Shown here one piece after another: positions 1 through 9,335 of a stretch of DNA of 64,000 nucleotides. The stretch is from an uncultured virus (IMG/VR IMGVR_UViG_2687453182_000005) (Duplodnaviria; Heunggongvirae; Uroviricota; Caudoviricetes). Both the position numbers and the translations under genes were made by a program. Position 1 is the stretch's first letter. Each line of letters begins with the position of its first letter. The stretch lies in the IMG/VR virus record IMGVR_UViG_2687453182_000005; one strand, 5' to 3'. The notes under the pieces were generated by a model, which was given only the letters and a program-made list of their open reading frames with translations, made no database searches and was not told the origin of the DNA.

Positions 1-180
1 ATGTCTGTTATCGCAACTATTGGAATAGGCTACCTAATTGGGGCTGTACTCTCTTTTATTATCACCTTCTTTTTAACTAAAGATCCCAGCTTAGCTATGC
101 GCCTGCTGAGTGCTTTTCTTATCGCAATAACATGGCCATTGAGTTTCCCAATGGCCATTATATTTTCTATTTTTGGTTAG
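1..180 (+). CDS. GhoT/OrtT-family small membrane toxin (59 aa; not in the ORF track)
   Basis: Own translation: MSVIATIGIGYLIGAVLSFIITFFLTKDPSLAMRLLSAFLIAITWPLSFPMAIIFSIFG*. Two hydrophobic helices and the R-x-LSAFL-x3-TWP-x-SFP motif of OrtT/GhoT. Confidence 0.75.
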   Translation: MSVIATIGIGYLIGAVLSFIITFFLTKDPSLAMRLLSAFLIAITWPLSFPMAIIFSIFG

Positions 181-283
181 TTATATATAGCTTTATATTT
201 CTCTATATAAATCTTTATATTATTATCTAATTAAGTTATTAAATAATTCTTTGATAATTATAACATTTACTTTATAAGTATAA

Positions 284-1489
284 TTATCTTAACTCCATCC
301 AAGTTCCCATTCTTCCATTTAAAAGTTGATAAGTTCCCCCTTTAGGAACAACAAAACTACAATTATCCAAACTGCTATACCCTTTAATTAAAATACCATC
401 TAATTTAAATTCAACTGCACGGCCATCAGACCATATAAGAACATAAATAGGTCCTTCTGAATTATTGGTGTAAACCTCTCCAATTTTACGTTCCTTAGTT
501 ACATCTATCCATTTTTGATTGTTTCCTAACAATCCTTTTCCTTTTGGCTGATACTTTCCATCTGACTCACCTTTAGAATAACTATAACCTGATGCTAAAT
601 AATTCCCCTTAGGCTGATATTTACCATCTGACTCTGATTTAGAATAACTATAACCTGTCGCTAAATAATTGCCTTTAGGTTGATATTTATTATCAGATTC
701 CGTTTTCGTATAGGATGCACCCACTAATGCATAATTGCCTTTGGGTTGATAATTCCCTTTTGGCTGAAAAGCATCAGTAGCGGCTTTTTGGCTAATAACA
801 TGAGCCGTTGAGGTTCCGGTCGCTTGAGCAATATTACCTTTATCAAATTTTTTATTAAGCTCATTTTTTAAATTGGTATTAGTGGCATAATCTCCTGAGG
901 CTTGATAATTGCCTTTAGGTTGATATTTCCCATCAGACTCTGCTTTGGTATAACTATCACCTTTATTCGCATAATTTCCCGCAGGAGCATAATTGCCTTT
1001 GGGTTGATATTTAGTATCAGATTCCGCTTTTGCATAGCTATAACCTTCCGCTTGATATTTACCCACCGGCTGAAAACGCTTATCAGCCTCGGCTTTGTTA
1101 TAAGCACCCACTTCATTCGCGGTGATATCAGCTTTTAGCTCAGCCCATGCATTACCGGCAATAGGCTCAACATTATTATTCTCAATTTTAGACTGCCATA
1201 CCTTATTGTTATGATAAACCACACTACGAATAGCATAGGGCTTGCCCGCTTCTGACCATTTAGCAAAACCTTGTAATTGCATTTCACCAATAGACTCGGT
1301 GATATCGTGAAATAGGCTATTCATTTTTTCACGTTCAATATCTTTTGCCGCCGGATCAGTGACTTGGTCACGCTCATAATCATAACCGTAACCTTGAGTA
1401 TAAGATACTGAGCCATCTGTTTGGATCTCAACAGGCACAACTGTTTTATCCCCTTGCGTGGCAAAGGGGATTTTAAATATTTTAGTCAT
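284..1489 (-). CDS. Tail fibre / receptor-binding protein
   Basis: Last gene after the baseplate; N-terminal FKIPFATQGD anchor, repetitive shaft, distinct C-terminal domain. Confidence 0.8.
   Translation of the reverse strand: MTKIFKIPFATQGDKTVVPVEIQTDGSVSYTQGYGYDYERDQVTDPAAKDIEREKMNSLFHDITESIGEMQLQGFAKWSEAGKPYAIRSVVYHNNKVWQSKIENNNVEPIAGNAWAELKADITANEVGAYNKAEADKRFQPVGKYQAEGYSYAKAESDTKYQPKGNYAPAGNYANKGDSYTKAESDGKYQPKGNYQASGDYATNTNLKNELNKKFDKGNIAQATGTSTAHVISQKAATDAFQPKGNYQPKGNYALVGASYTKTESDNKYQPKGNYLATGYSYSKSESDGKYQPKGNYLASGYSYSKGESDGKYQPKGKGLLGNNQKWIDVTKERKIGEVYTNNSEGPIYVLIWSDGRAVEFKLDGILIKGYSSLDNCSFVVPKGGTYQLLNGRMGTWMELR
538..1065 (-). repeat. Internal tandem repeats (~66 bp / 22 aa, Y(S/T)KxESDxKYQPKGNY) in the tail-fibre shaft
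   Basis: Motif repeats at least five times in the translation, plus shorter YQPKGNY sub-repeats. Confidence 0.85.
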
Positions 1490-1494
1490 AGGAT

Positions 1495-2151
1495 TTATTC
1501 TCCGAAATTACTCTTTAAGAAATTTTTACGATATGAACCATAACCAAATGCTTTTTTAGTTATGATGCGATATTTGACGCCTACGCCAGAAGGACGTGGC
1601 ATTAAATCGAAGTTTTCTAATAATAAACGTAAGCGTTCATCGGGATTAAAATTAAAAACGTAATACATATACGTCATATCAAAGGGATCAAGTACAAATA
1701 CTTTACTTTCACCCCGCCAGAAAAAACGTTTTAAAAATTGATTAATATTGGTGACCGTCGGACTTTGGGTGAGATTAAAATAACGCATTCTTATCAACAT
1801 TCTTTTTTGATCTAACGTCAGTGATAAGGTGTAATCGGTATTGCGTCGAAAATTTGCGTTAAAATTAGCTTTCTTTTTACCAAAGCCAAAACCTATTTTT
1901 GTTTTCTCACTTGGGGAAATATCAATGCCTAAAGGCACATCTAAAATACGCCCCCAAACCGCTAAACCAAAGTCGTTGGCGGTATCAATATTAAATATAT
2001 CGCGATACCAATTTTGCCAAAATAATACGGTGGATTGGTGAAAATAATCTGCCTTAAAATGAGCCAGTGATTTTAATTTATCGGCATTTTCATATTGCCA
2101 AAGTATCGCTTGTAAAAGATCTGAATGATAATCAAACTGTTGAATATTCAT
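1495..2151 (-). CDS. Baseplate wedge subunit (DUF2612-like)
   Basis: Follows baseplate J; LWQY and FNIDTA..GL..WGRIL motifs. Confidence 0.7.
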   Translation of the reverse strand: MNIQQFDYHSDLLQAILWQYENADKLKSLAHFKADYFHQSTVLFWQNWYRDIFNIDTANDFGLAVWGRILDVPLGIDISPSEKTKIGFGFGKKKANFNANFRRNTDYTLSLTLDQKRMLIRMRYFNLTQSPTVTNINQFLKRFFWRGESKVFVLDPFDMTYMYYVFNFNPDERLRLLLENFDLMPRPSGVGVKYRIITKKAFGYGSYRKNFLKSNFGE

Positions 2152-3335
2152 ACCATCACCACTTGTATCGCCCCTTTAGGTAAGCGGGCAATTTGATTAA
2201 TGGCAATGGGAATTAATGCTACATGCCAATTTTTTCCATCTGTTGATAACTCAACTTTTGTGACAAATAAATGTGGCTCCACAGCATTGACGGCAGCGGA
2301 GATCTCAAAAGGAGAGACATCTCTCCCTACCACCAGCCCATTATCCCCCTCTATCTCTCCATGACTCCATTTTTCTAGTGCATCAGGAATAATGGTTTGT
2401 GCATCAAAAGAGGATTTTTTAACGGTAACTTTGCAAAAAATCGTCACTTCTTTTGGTCGTGAAAATTTAATCGGATATTCTTGACCACTTGCTGGCTCTA
2501 AGAGATTTATTTCAATATCACCATTAAACGCCGCACCTATTGTTTTCGTTCTTAATAAAACATTGGCAATTTCATGGCTGTCTCCCCCTTCAACACAGAC
2601 ATAAATGCTATGTGGCAATAAGGAAATACCATCGATAGTTAATGTTTTATCAGTGAAATTTTCTCGAAAAGAGAGAGAGTTAACCCCAGCTAATTCATAG
2701 AGGGACGATGTAATAGCTTGGGCAACACTGATGGTATTTTTAGCGAGAGTCTGTTTACGCCGACGCCTGGCTTTAATATCAGATTCTGCATAACGGCCAA
2801 TAATAGCGTGCGTGGTATTATTGACTTTTTCCCAGCCTAATACCGAACTTGCCACTTTATTTAATTGCCCAATACCACAAGTGATAGGCCCGTACTCTTT
2901 AGCGCGCATATCCCCAGTTATTTTTCCAGTGTCTGCGATAATAAGAGAGGTTAATGTTTCAAATACTGCGCCATTTATCGTTAGAGCTTGTGAACCTTTA
3001 GGGATAATGGTGCCGGGCACTCCCATAAATTCCACATTACTTAAATAGGAGTGTGTGGCATTAATACGCTCTCCTCCCATTAACGCCCATATTGCATCAA
3101 GAAAAATACCCCCAGCAATATCGGGATTAATTTGATTAGCAAGTTCGGCATTATTACGCACAATGGCATCGCGATTTTCAATTTCCATTGTTGCCAAAAC
3201 CCCTTGGGGCGTTTCTGGCGATAAATTGATTGATTGCCCAAAGACAGTGCGAAATTCGTCTTCTACCTCCTTTCGTAGCGCTGCCGTATCAGGAACAATA
3301 ACGCCTTTATTATTAATATATCGATAATCAGCCAT
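2148..3335 (-). CDS. Baseplate J/gp47-like wedge protein
   Basis: LSPETPQG, A-G-FLD and ESD..RRRR motifs; size and position. Start taken at MADYRY. Confidence 0.8.
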   Translation of the reverse strand: MADYRYINNKGVIVPDTAALRKEVEDEFRTVFGQSINLSPETPQGVLATMEIENRDAIVRNNAELANQINPDIAGGIFLDAIWALMGGERINATHSYLSNVEFMGVPGTIIPKGSQALTINGAVFETLTSLIIADTGKITGDMRAKEYGPITCGIGQLNKVASSVLGWEKVNNTTHAIIGRYAESDIKARRRRKQTLAKNTISVAQAITSSLYELAGVNSLSFRENFTDKTLTIDGISLLPHSIYVCVEGGDSHEIANVLLRTKTIGAAFNGDIEINLLEPASGQEYPIKFSRPKEVTIFCKVTVKKSSFDAQTIIPDALEKWSHGEIEGDNGLVVGRDVSPFEISAAVNAVEPHLFVTKVELSTDGKNWHVALIPIAINQIARLPKGAIQVVMV

Positions 3336-3672
3336 GTAATGTAAATCCTCCATATATTGTGCGTATATCCGCCTGATATTTCAGTACGCCATTATCTAAA
3401 AAGGCATTAAAATGGCTGATAGCCACAACTTCCTCGATTTCAGCCAGACGTTGTCGAAAAGCCATTTCAAATAAAGGAATATCAACTTGACGGCTAAATG
3501 TTGCTGACCAATAAGGAATACCTTTATCTTTTTTATGCAACATCTCTCCACGAACCGCTTTAATAAAATGCTGACAAAGGTTTTTTACTGCTTCATCATT
3601 ATCACAAATTTGCAGATCACCTTTAGCATCAATCACCAGATCATTATGCTGGTTTATAGCAAATGTCCTCAT
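3328..3672 (-). CDS. Baseplate sheath initiator (gp25/gpW-like)
   Basis: 114 aa between spike and J; GE..GIPY and TIYG motifs. Confidence 0.65.
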   Translation of the reverse strand: MRTFAINQHNDLVIDAKGDLQICDNDEAVKNLCQHFIKAVRGEMLHKKDKGIPYWSATFSRQVDIPLFEMAFRQRLAEIEEVVAISHFNAFLDNGVLKYQADIRTIYGGFTLHG

Positions 3673-4361
3673 ATTGGACTCCCTGTGTTATCTTTGCCTG
3701 CTTGTACGCCACTATGGCGATGGGTTGAACCGATATCTTTCCCGTTGTGACGCATCACGCCCCCTTGAGAATCACTATTTCCATTTACCGCATAATTACC
3801 ATTTACTGTGACATTGCCGGTAAATATCGTTTCTCGGGCATTGATTTCATACTTGGGGGTTTCCAGTACAACTTTATCGTTATGAAGAGAAAAGCAGACA
3901 GAACCATCCATTGACTGAATAACCAAAGCATCAATATTTTTTCCGTCGATCACCCAACCTTTTAAGGTGTCAGGAAAAAACATCGCATCACTAAAGGTAT
4001 GTAATCGGGTGGTATTAGGTCTATCCTCTAGACCACCGCGTTGAAAAATAAGGCTAATATCACGATCATTAGCTTTTAACCAACCAAAATCTCCCGCTTT
4101 AATCGGGGCTCTAATAAAAAAACCTCCGCCACCAAAGCGAAATACGGGAATATTTGCAACGGGTGCTCGTGAAATAGTTTGATTATCCGTGGTTAACATC
4201 ATCACCAGTGGTTTGATCACGGCTCGATTGCTTTTTTCATCATAATCAATGACTGTTGCGGGCAACATATCATCCGTATTCATCATCAAATGGCGAAATG
4301 CGGACGAGAAAGCCCCTGCCAGTGAACCAACACTCGCAATATCGTTATTGGGTTTACTCAT
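3669..4361 (-). CDS. Central spike (Gp138-like)
   Basis: N-terminal OB-fold-like region, beta-rich C-terminus ending in the HxH metal motif (THRHSGV). Confidence 0.8.
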   Translation of the reverse strand: MSKPNNDIASVGSLAGAFSSAFRHLMMNTDDMLPATVIDYDEKSNRAVIKPLVMMLTTDNQTISRAPVANIPVFRFGGGGFFIRAPIKAGDFGWLKANDRDISLIFQRGGLEDRPNTTRLHTFSDAMFFPDTLKGWVIDGKNIDALVIQSMDGSVCFSLHNDKVVLETPKYEINARETIFTGNVTVNGNYAVNGNSDSQGGVMRHNGKDIGSTHRHSGVQAGKDNTGSPI

Positions 4362-4363
4362 AA

Positions 4364-5176
4364 TTAAGCTCGTTTACAAATTGCGGTATAGTTGAAATCA
4401 GCCTCATGTGAAGCAACACTAAACGCTAATTGCTCAATGATGTAATCACCATTTAATGAAGGGTTTAATTTACTCTCAAGGCGAAGCATTCCACCAAGCT
4501 CCGAGGTGCTATCAATTAAGTAACTCACGGTTAACCCACTTTCTGTCGCTTTGGGAATGCCAATCATGCCTGAATTCATATTTAAAATACGCAAACGGCT
4601 TTTTAGTGCTTTGTCGTCATCTTTTACAAATAACGTATCATCATCAATAAAGGCTTTAACGTCCCCAGCTTCCTGTAAACGTTCTATTTGATGCAATGCT
4701 GAGCCACAATAATACCAATTAGCAATATTCTTATCGGTAGCTTGAAAATCTAGTTTCACTCCACAGTCATCAGCAATAGCCAAGGCTATTTCACTCAGCC
4801 TGCGCATTGTGCCGCCACTGGAAGAAATAATTTTTCCCGCGCTTTGATGACTGGTTTTTGCCGATAAAGTTAACGTCACATCAGGAGGTGAATCTATTTC
4901 AGCACTGACAATATCGCCAATAAATAAAGAGAGTAATCCGGTATTAACTCGGCCGACCTCCAAATAGAGTCGTCGCGTTTGCTTATTGTTATTATAGGGA
5001 CTGGTTTCTGTCAGCAGATAATCTCTTGTTTGTGCATTTAGCCCTGAGATAGTGACATTACATTCATTTTGTAATGGATTGGCATACTTTGTTCCACTGG
5101 CTGAAATACGTAATCCTTCATACCATTGAAGCCGTTCTCCGACTTCAATTCCGAGCCTTATTCGTCGAAGATCCAT
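4364..5176 (-). CDS. Baseplate hub protein
   Basis: Position before the spike; GMIGIP motif. Confidence 0.7.
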   Translation of the reverse strand: MDLRRIRLGIEVGERLQWYEGLRISASGTKYANPLQNECNVTISGLNAQTRDYLLTETSPYNNNKQTRRLYLEVGRVNTGLLSLFIGDIVSAEIDSPPDVTLTLSAKTSHQSAGKIISSSGGTMRRLSEIALAIADDCGVKLDFQATDKNIANWYYCGSALHQIERLQEAGDVKAFIDDDTLFVKDDDKALKSRLRILNMNSGMIGIPKATESGLTVSYLIDSTSELGGMLRLESKLNPSLNGDYIIEQLAFSVASHEADFNYTAICKRA

Positions 5177-5465
5177 CTTCCTCACTCCAATACACTAATG
5201 ATTGCGTCTTGGTAAATTCCTCATACCAAGGTAATGCATCATGCTCTGTTAAAAACATTAAATTAATTCCCTGATTTAAATAGCGATAAGGAATTATCGG
5301 TGTATTAGCAACAAGGCGCATTCCTGTAATAAGTATTTCGCCTTCTCGCTCGATATCACAAAACATGGTTTGATTAGCCACTTTAAGCGTTAATTGCCAA
5401 TTCACACCGGCTATTGCTACAGAAAATCGTTGATTAGGAATGGCTTGTAATGGTATTTCTTGCAT
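5145..5465 (-). CDS. Small baseplate protein
   Basis: IPLQAIPNQ motif; position. Confidence 0.6.
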   Translation of the reverse strand: MQEIPLQAIPNQRFSVAIAGVNWQLTLKVANQTMFCDIEREGEILITGMRLVANTPIIPYRYLNQGINLMFLTEHDALPWYEEFTKTQSLVYWSEEDGSSTNKARN

Positions 5466-5477
5466 TTTTTCTACCTC

Positions 5478-5966
5478 CTAGCCCTGTTTTTTTCCTATTG
5501 GCATGGATTTTTTACTTTTCACATTTCCTCGATTAATCGTTGAGGATTGCTTAGGTTTTTTAGTCGATTTAGCTGATTTTTTATTGTATTCAGGCTCAAT
5601 GCTTTTCCATTCAATAAACTTGAGTTTTAACTCAATAGCGTCTACTTTTGACGGATCTTCATCATGGCTAAGACTTTCTAATAGCATTGGTTGATAGGTA
5701 CTAACACGTGTTTGAATACCCACTAACGTATTTTCGTCATATAACTGTTTTATAGTGGCATAAGCATTGGCAATATCGCCCGTTAACAATAAGCTGATAC
5801 TGATACTGATGGGGTTGATCACCACATGGTCACTGCGGCTTTCCCCATTTTCTACCGTAAATGTAATCGCTTGGTGGCTATCGTCTATGGTGACTTGAGT
5901 TGGGTTAACACTATCAAACAATGTGGTAAAAGAGGCTAAATCAAAAATTCTAACTTCCGTTATCAT
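5478..5966 (-). CDS. Tail tube initiator / Dit-like baseplate protein
   Basis: Follows the tape measure; VENG..SDH motif. Confidence 0.6.
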   Translation of the reverse strand: MITEVRIFDLASFTTLFDSVNPTQVTIDDSHQAITFTVENGESRSDHVVINPISISISLLLTGDIANAYATIKQLYDENTLVGIQTRVSTYQPMLLESLSHDEDPSKVDAIELKLKFIEWKSIEPEYNKKSAKSTKKPKQSSTINRGNVKSKKSMPIGKKQG

Positions 5967-5968
5967 AA

Positions 5969-8272
5969 TTACACCCTCCAGCCACTAGAGTGATTCTGCG
6001 ATATATTTTTAGCCTCTTGCTCTGTATAAGATTTCTTGATTTCTTTAACCACCTCCGCACCATTTGTGGCTTGAGTTTCAATTTTGATTTCACCAATTTG
6101 CACATTACTTTCGTTTTTAATGCTTGATTGATTACTGATCATTTGACTGGTCATCGGGTTTAAACTGTTATTTGACGATATTGCTAATCCGTTATTTAAC
6201 GATTTAACCTCCTGCATAGGACTATAATATCGTGTCGCTGTTTGAGATTGTGGCAAGATATAGTCAAGCTCCCCCTCATTTGTTAATCGCCGCTCTACCT
6301 TTTGCACCACACGAATTTCTTTTTCTTCGTCGTCCATACCGAAAAAGCTTTTGGCTGATTGCCATATATCTTGTATTAGGTTGATTTTTTCATCGACAAA
6401 ATCCAATATCTTTTCAACACAGCCCCACATCCATTCAAATAGGCTCACCACTGAATCAGAAACAAAAATAAAGATATCAATAATGGATTGCCCCCAAGCA
6501 ATAAGATTATTAATCCCTATTTCTAGAGTCTGTATAAATTGATTAAATGAGTTAGATATTAGATCCCATGCAGCAATAACAAAATCAGCAACAACAGTGA
6601 CAGCCTCTTTTAAATATTCAAAGAATGATTGCCATGCCTGCCATATCGTCATGATCACACTTTTTAATACTGGGTATTTTTCTAATATACGGCCGATCAT
6701 GGAATCGTTACCGTTAATAAAATTCATAATATCGTCATAGACGAGTTTAAAGGCGACACCTAATAAACCAATCACCGTTGCAATAGCAATAATAGGTAAT
6801 GCCATGGCAAGTGTCGATGCGGCAGCAGAGATCATGACGGGTAAATAATAAATAGCAACAGCGGCGCCGATGGCGGAGAAAAAGCTAATCACAATATCTT
6901 TATTTTTCACACAAAAATCGACTAATTTATCAAACCATTCCATACCTTTTGCCAGCGTAGGAATAATCATATCTAAAAAGTTATTTTTGAATTGTGCCGC
7001 TAATTGACTAAATTTATGTATTGTGGCATTGAGTTGGATCGCACTTTCAATACTGTCGTCGTTGATACCTGAGAATTGTTTTTGTACCCCCATCGTACGC
7101 TCTAGCTCTTGACGCCCTTTCATCATTAATTCGATGGTTTTATCATCAACAACACCTAATTTTTCCAGCTCTTTTTGGGCATCATCAAAACTCATATTTT
7201 TAACGTTATCAGCGACCTGTAAAAGCTGCTCTATGGGATCTTGCGTATCATCAAACGCAGTTGCCATAGCGGCTAAATCCGCTTGAGCAGCTTCTTTCGT
7301 GCCACCAATTGCAGCCATCGCCCCTGAAAAAGCGTCAATATCAATCGCCGCAATACCCATTTTTTTACTGAGTTTATCTAATGATTCGATTTCTTGAGAA
7401 CGTTCAAGTGACGCAGAAAATACCTTTTGTAACGTCCCCATAATATCCGTTGCACCTATGGCGTTTAGGATAAAATCTTTCATTTTATCGACGGTTTGCT
7501 GATAACTTTTCCCGGTTTCATCAACACTACTGCTTAATCGACGTTGAGCTTGAGCTTCTTCTATTGCCGCTTTAATACCTTGGGTTTGCATGGTGCTGAT
7601 AAATTGATCGTAATCGGCACCTAGATTTTTAATCACCTCATCAATAACTAATTTATTTTCTTTATTTTTCTTTTCTGCCTCAGTTAATAAAGTTAATTCA
7701 TTATTTAATGAAGCAAGCTGATCTTCCATTGCCTGATATTCAGCATTTAAATTCGCAAGATGACTTGCATCACTATCCACATCATTGCTAAGCAAATTTC
7801 TCGTGTAATTTAATACTGACATCGCATCTTTTAGAGCGTCAATGCTTGACGTAATTGAAAGGATCTTCTCTTGTGTTTCACCACTATTTATTTCAATATT
7901 TATGGGCTCATCAAGCGATAAACTCGTCAGCCCCGTTAAGATATTTTGTAAAAAAGTATCAAATTCTTGAGTACTACTAAGTGCCGTTTTAACGATTTTT
8001 TGTATCGAATTTTCAACAGTTTCAGAGGCTTGAATAACTTCTTGGTTGTCCACCGAAAGGTTTATTTCAGGCTCCAGTGATAATTCGTTAAAACTGGTGG
8101 CTATTTCTTGAACAAAGGCAAAAAAGCGATTAATACCTGCTGATGCGCCCTGCTCTATTTTCTTCATTTCCTCAAGAATTTCGTTGGTCGATTTCCTGAT
8201 ATTATTTAATGCGTTATCAGATACCTCCGCGTCTAACGTCAGTACCTGACTAAATACGGGTAATAGCGACAT
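5969..8272 (-). CDS. Tape measure protein
   Basis: 767 aa, coiled-coil and helical, with hydrophobic segments and periodic aromatics; follows the chaperone. Confidence 0.8.
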   Translation of the reverse strand: MSLLPVFSQVLTLDAEVSDNALNNIRKSTNEILEEMKKIEQGASAGINRFFAFVQEIATSFNELSLEPEINLSVDNQEVIQASETVENSIQKIVKTALSSTQEFDTFLQNILTGLTSLSLDEPINIEINSGETQEKILSITSSIDALKDAMSVLNYTRNLLSNDVDSDASHLANLNAEYQAMEDQLASLNNELTLLTEAEKKNKENKLVIDEVIKNLGADYDQFISTMQTQGIKAAIEEAQAQRRLSSSVDETGKSYQQTVDKMKDFILNAIGATDIMGTLQKVFSASLERSQEIESLDKLSKKMGIAAIDIDAFSGAMAAIGGTKEAAQADLAAMATAFDDTQDPIEQLLQVADNVKNMSFDDAQKELEKLGVVDDKTIELMMKGRQELERTMGVQKQFSGINDDSIESAIQLNATIHKFSQLAAQFKNNFLDMIIPTLAKGMEWFDKLVDFCVKNKDIVISFFSAIGAAVAIYYLPVMISAAASTLAMALPIIAIATVIGLLGVAFKLVYDDIMNFINGNDSMIGRILEKYPVLKSVIMTIWQAWQSFFEYLKEAVTVVADFVIAAWDLISNSFNQFIQTLEIGINNLIAWGQSIIDIFIFVSDSVVSLFEWMWGCVEKILDFVDEKINLIQDIWQSAKSFFGMDDEEKEIRVVQKVERRLTNEGELDYILPQSQTATRYYSPMQEVKSLNNGLAISSNNSLNPMTSQMISNQSSIKNESNVQIGEIKIETQATNGAEVVKEIKKSYTEQEAKNISQNHSSGWRV

Positions 8273-8354
8273 TATCTCTCCTTGGACGCCGCTAGCGCCT
8301 CGTTATAACGATTGGTAATCGCAATTTCCCACAGATCAAAAGCTTCCTCTAAAT

Positions 8355-8813
8355 CTATGGTTGTTTTGAGTTCTGTGAAAGAGGCGAAGCCGGCTGAGAT
8401 GATGACGGCAAAGAAGCCATCAGCGTTTTTATAATCGACGGGAGAGAACCGCTGAGCTTGCCTAATAGGTATTGAAGGAAATTTTGGCTCCCGCCGTTGC
8501 CGAAAAAACTGGTGTTGTACTTTAACATTTCTAATTCAAGACGAATTAACGCTTCCCCATCAGGGACGTGATTATCAATTAATGTACTGGTTTTTAAATA
8601 AATTTCTTGGCCTTCTTTTTCTACAGCAACATACGCCATCATCTTTAACATGGCCTCTTTACTGACTTCATAATCACCGATTTTAGGGGCATTTGATAAT
8701 GGGTATTTAGCCAAGATCTCTCGTCCAATTGTGGCGGGTAACCGGCTAATAATAAAGGTATGCTGTTGACGATCACTATCAATCACCGTGATCTCTTTTG
8801 GTTTAATCAACAT
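8355..8813 (-). CDS. Tail assembly chaperone (G-like); -1 frameshift product extends to 8272
   Basis: Between tube and tape measure; slippery T-TTT-TTC at 8502-8508 with an open -1 frame. Confidence 0.7.
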   Translation of the reverse strand: MLIKPKEITVIDSDRQQHTFIISRLPATIGREILAKYPLSNAPKIGDYEVSKEAMLKMMAYVAVEKEGQEIYLKTSTLIDNHVPDGEALIRLELEMLKYNTSFFGNGGSQNFLQYLLGKLSGSLPSIIKTLMASLPSSSQPASPLSQNSKQP

Positions 8814-8825
8814 ATAAAAACTCCA

Positions 8826-8849
8826 TAAAAAAAGGCGACCGAAGTCGCC
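8826..8849 (-). terminator. Intrinsic terminator after the tube gene
   Basis: GGCGAC-TTCG-GTCGCC followed by a U-run on the minus strand. Confidence 0.75.
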
Positions 8850-8872
8850 ATGATAAAAAGTAAGATTAATAA

Positions 8873-9325
8873 TTAACGCGCTCTAACACGGTCAAAATCT
8901 TGGAAAATAAAAGTGTACTGCTTAGATTTAAGGCGTCCTGCCCCTGCGACTGAATTACCTCGGCAACCGTCAGTAATACGTCCATTACGTGCCGTGGTAA
9001 TAGAGCCATCACCATAAGAAGCGACTAAAGTAATCACATCACTGGCAGGACGTCGTCCCCGTCTTGCCGTATTAGCATCAAACAAAATAGCTAGATTTTC
9101 GTCTTCTTCACTTCCCGCTAACACATTAATGGTGACCGTTTGAGGTGTTGGTGAAGACCAACTGACCAAATTACCATTAATATCTACCGCTGTTTGTGTA
9201 ATATTAACTGTCGGTAAATCTAAAGGATCACCTTCATCAGAAAAGGTGGTGATCGGAATACCCGCTGGAAATGTTTTACTTGCTTGAATAATAAGGCTTA
9301 AGCCTGTTGCTGAAATATCGTTCAT
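8873..9325 (-). CDS. Tail tube protein (DUF3277-like)
   Basis: 150 aa directly after the sheath gene. Confidence 0.75.
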   Translation of the reverse strand: MNDISATGLSLIIQASKTFPAGIPITTFSDEGDPLDLPTVNITQTAVDINGNLVSWSSPTPQTVTINVLAGSEEDENLAILFDANTARRGRRPASDVITLVASYGDGSITTARNGRITDGCRGNSVAGAGRLKSKQYTFIFQDFDRVRAR

Positions 9326-9335
9326 TGTTTGTTCC

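Noticed and set aside
538..1065. Periodic repeats as a CRISPR or guide array
   Set aside because: In-frame coding repeats with synonymous variation; no unique spacers and no cas genes.
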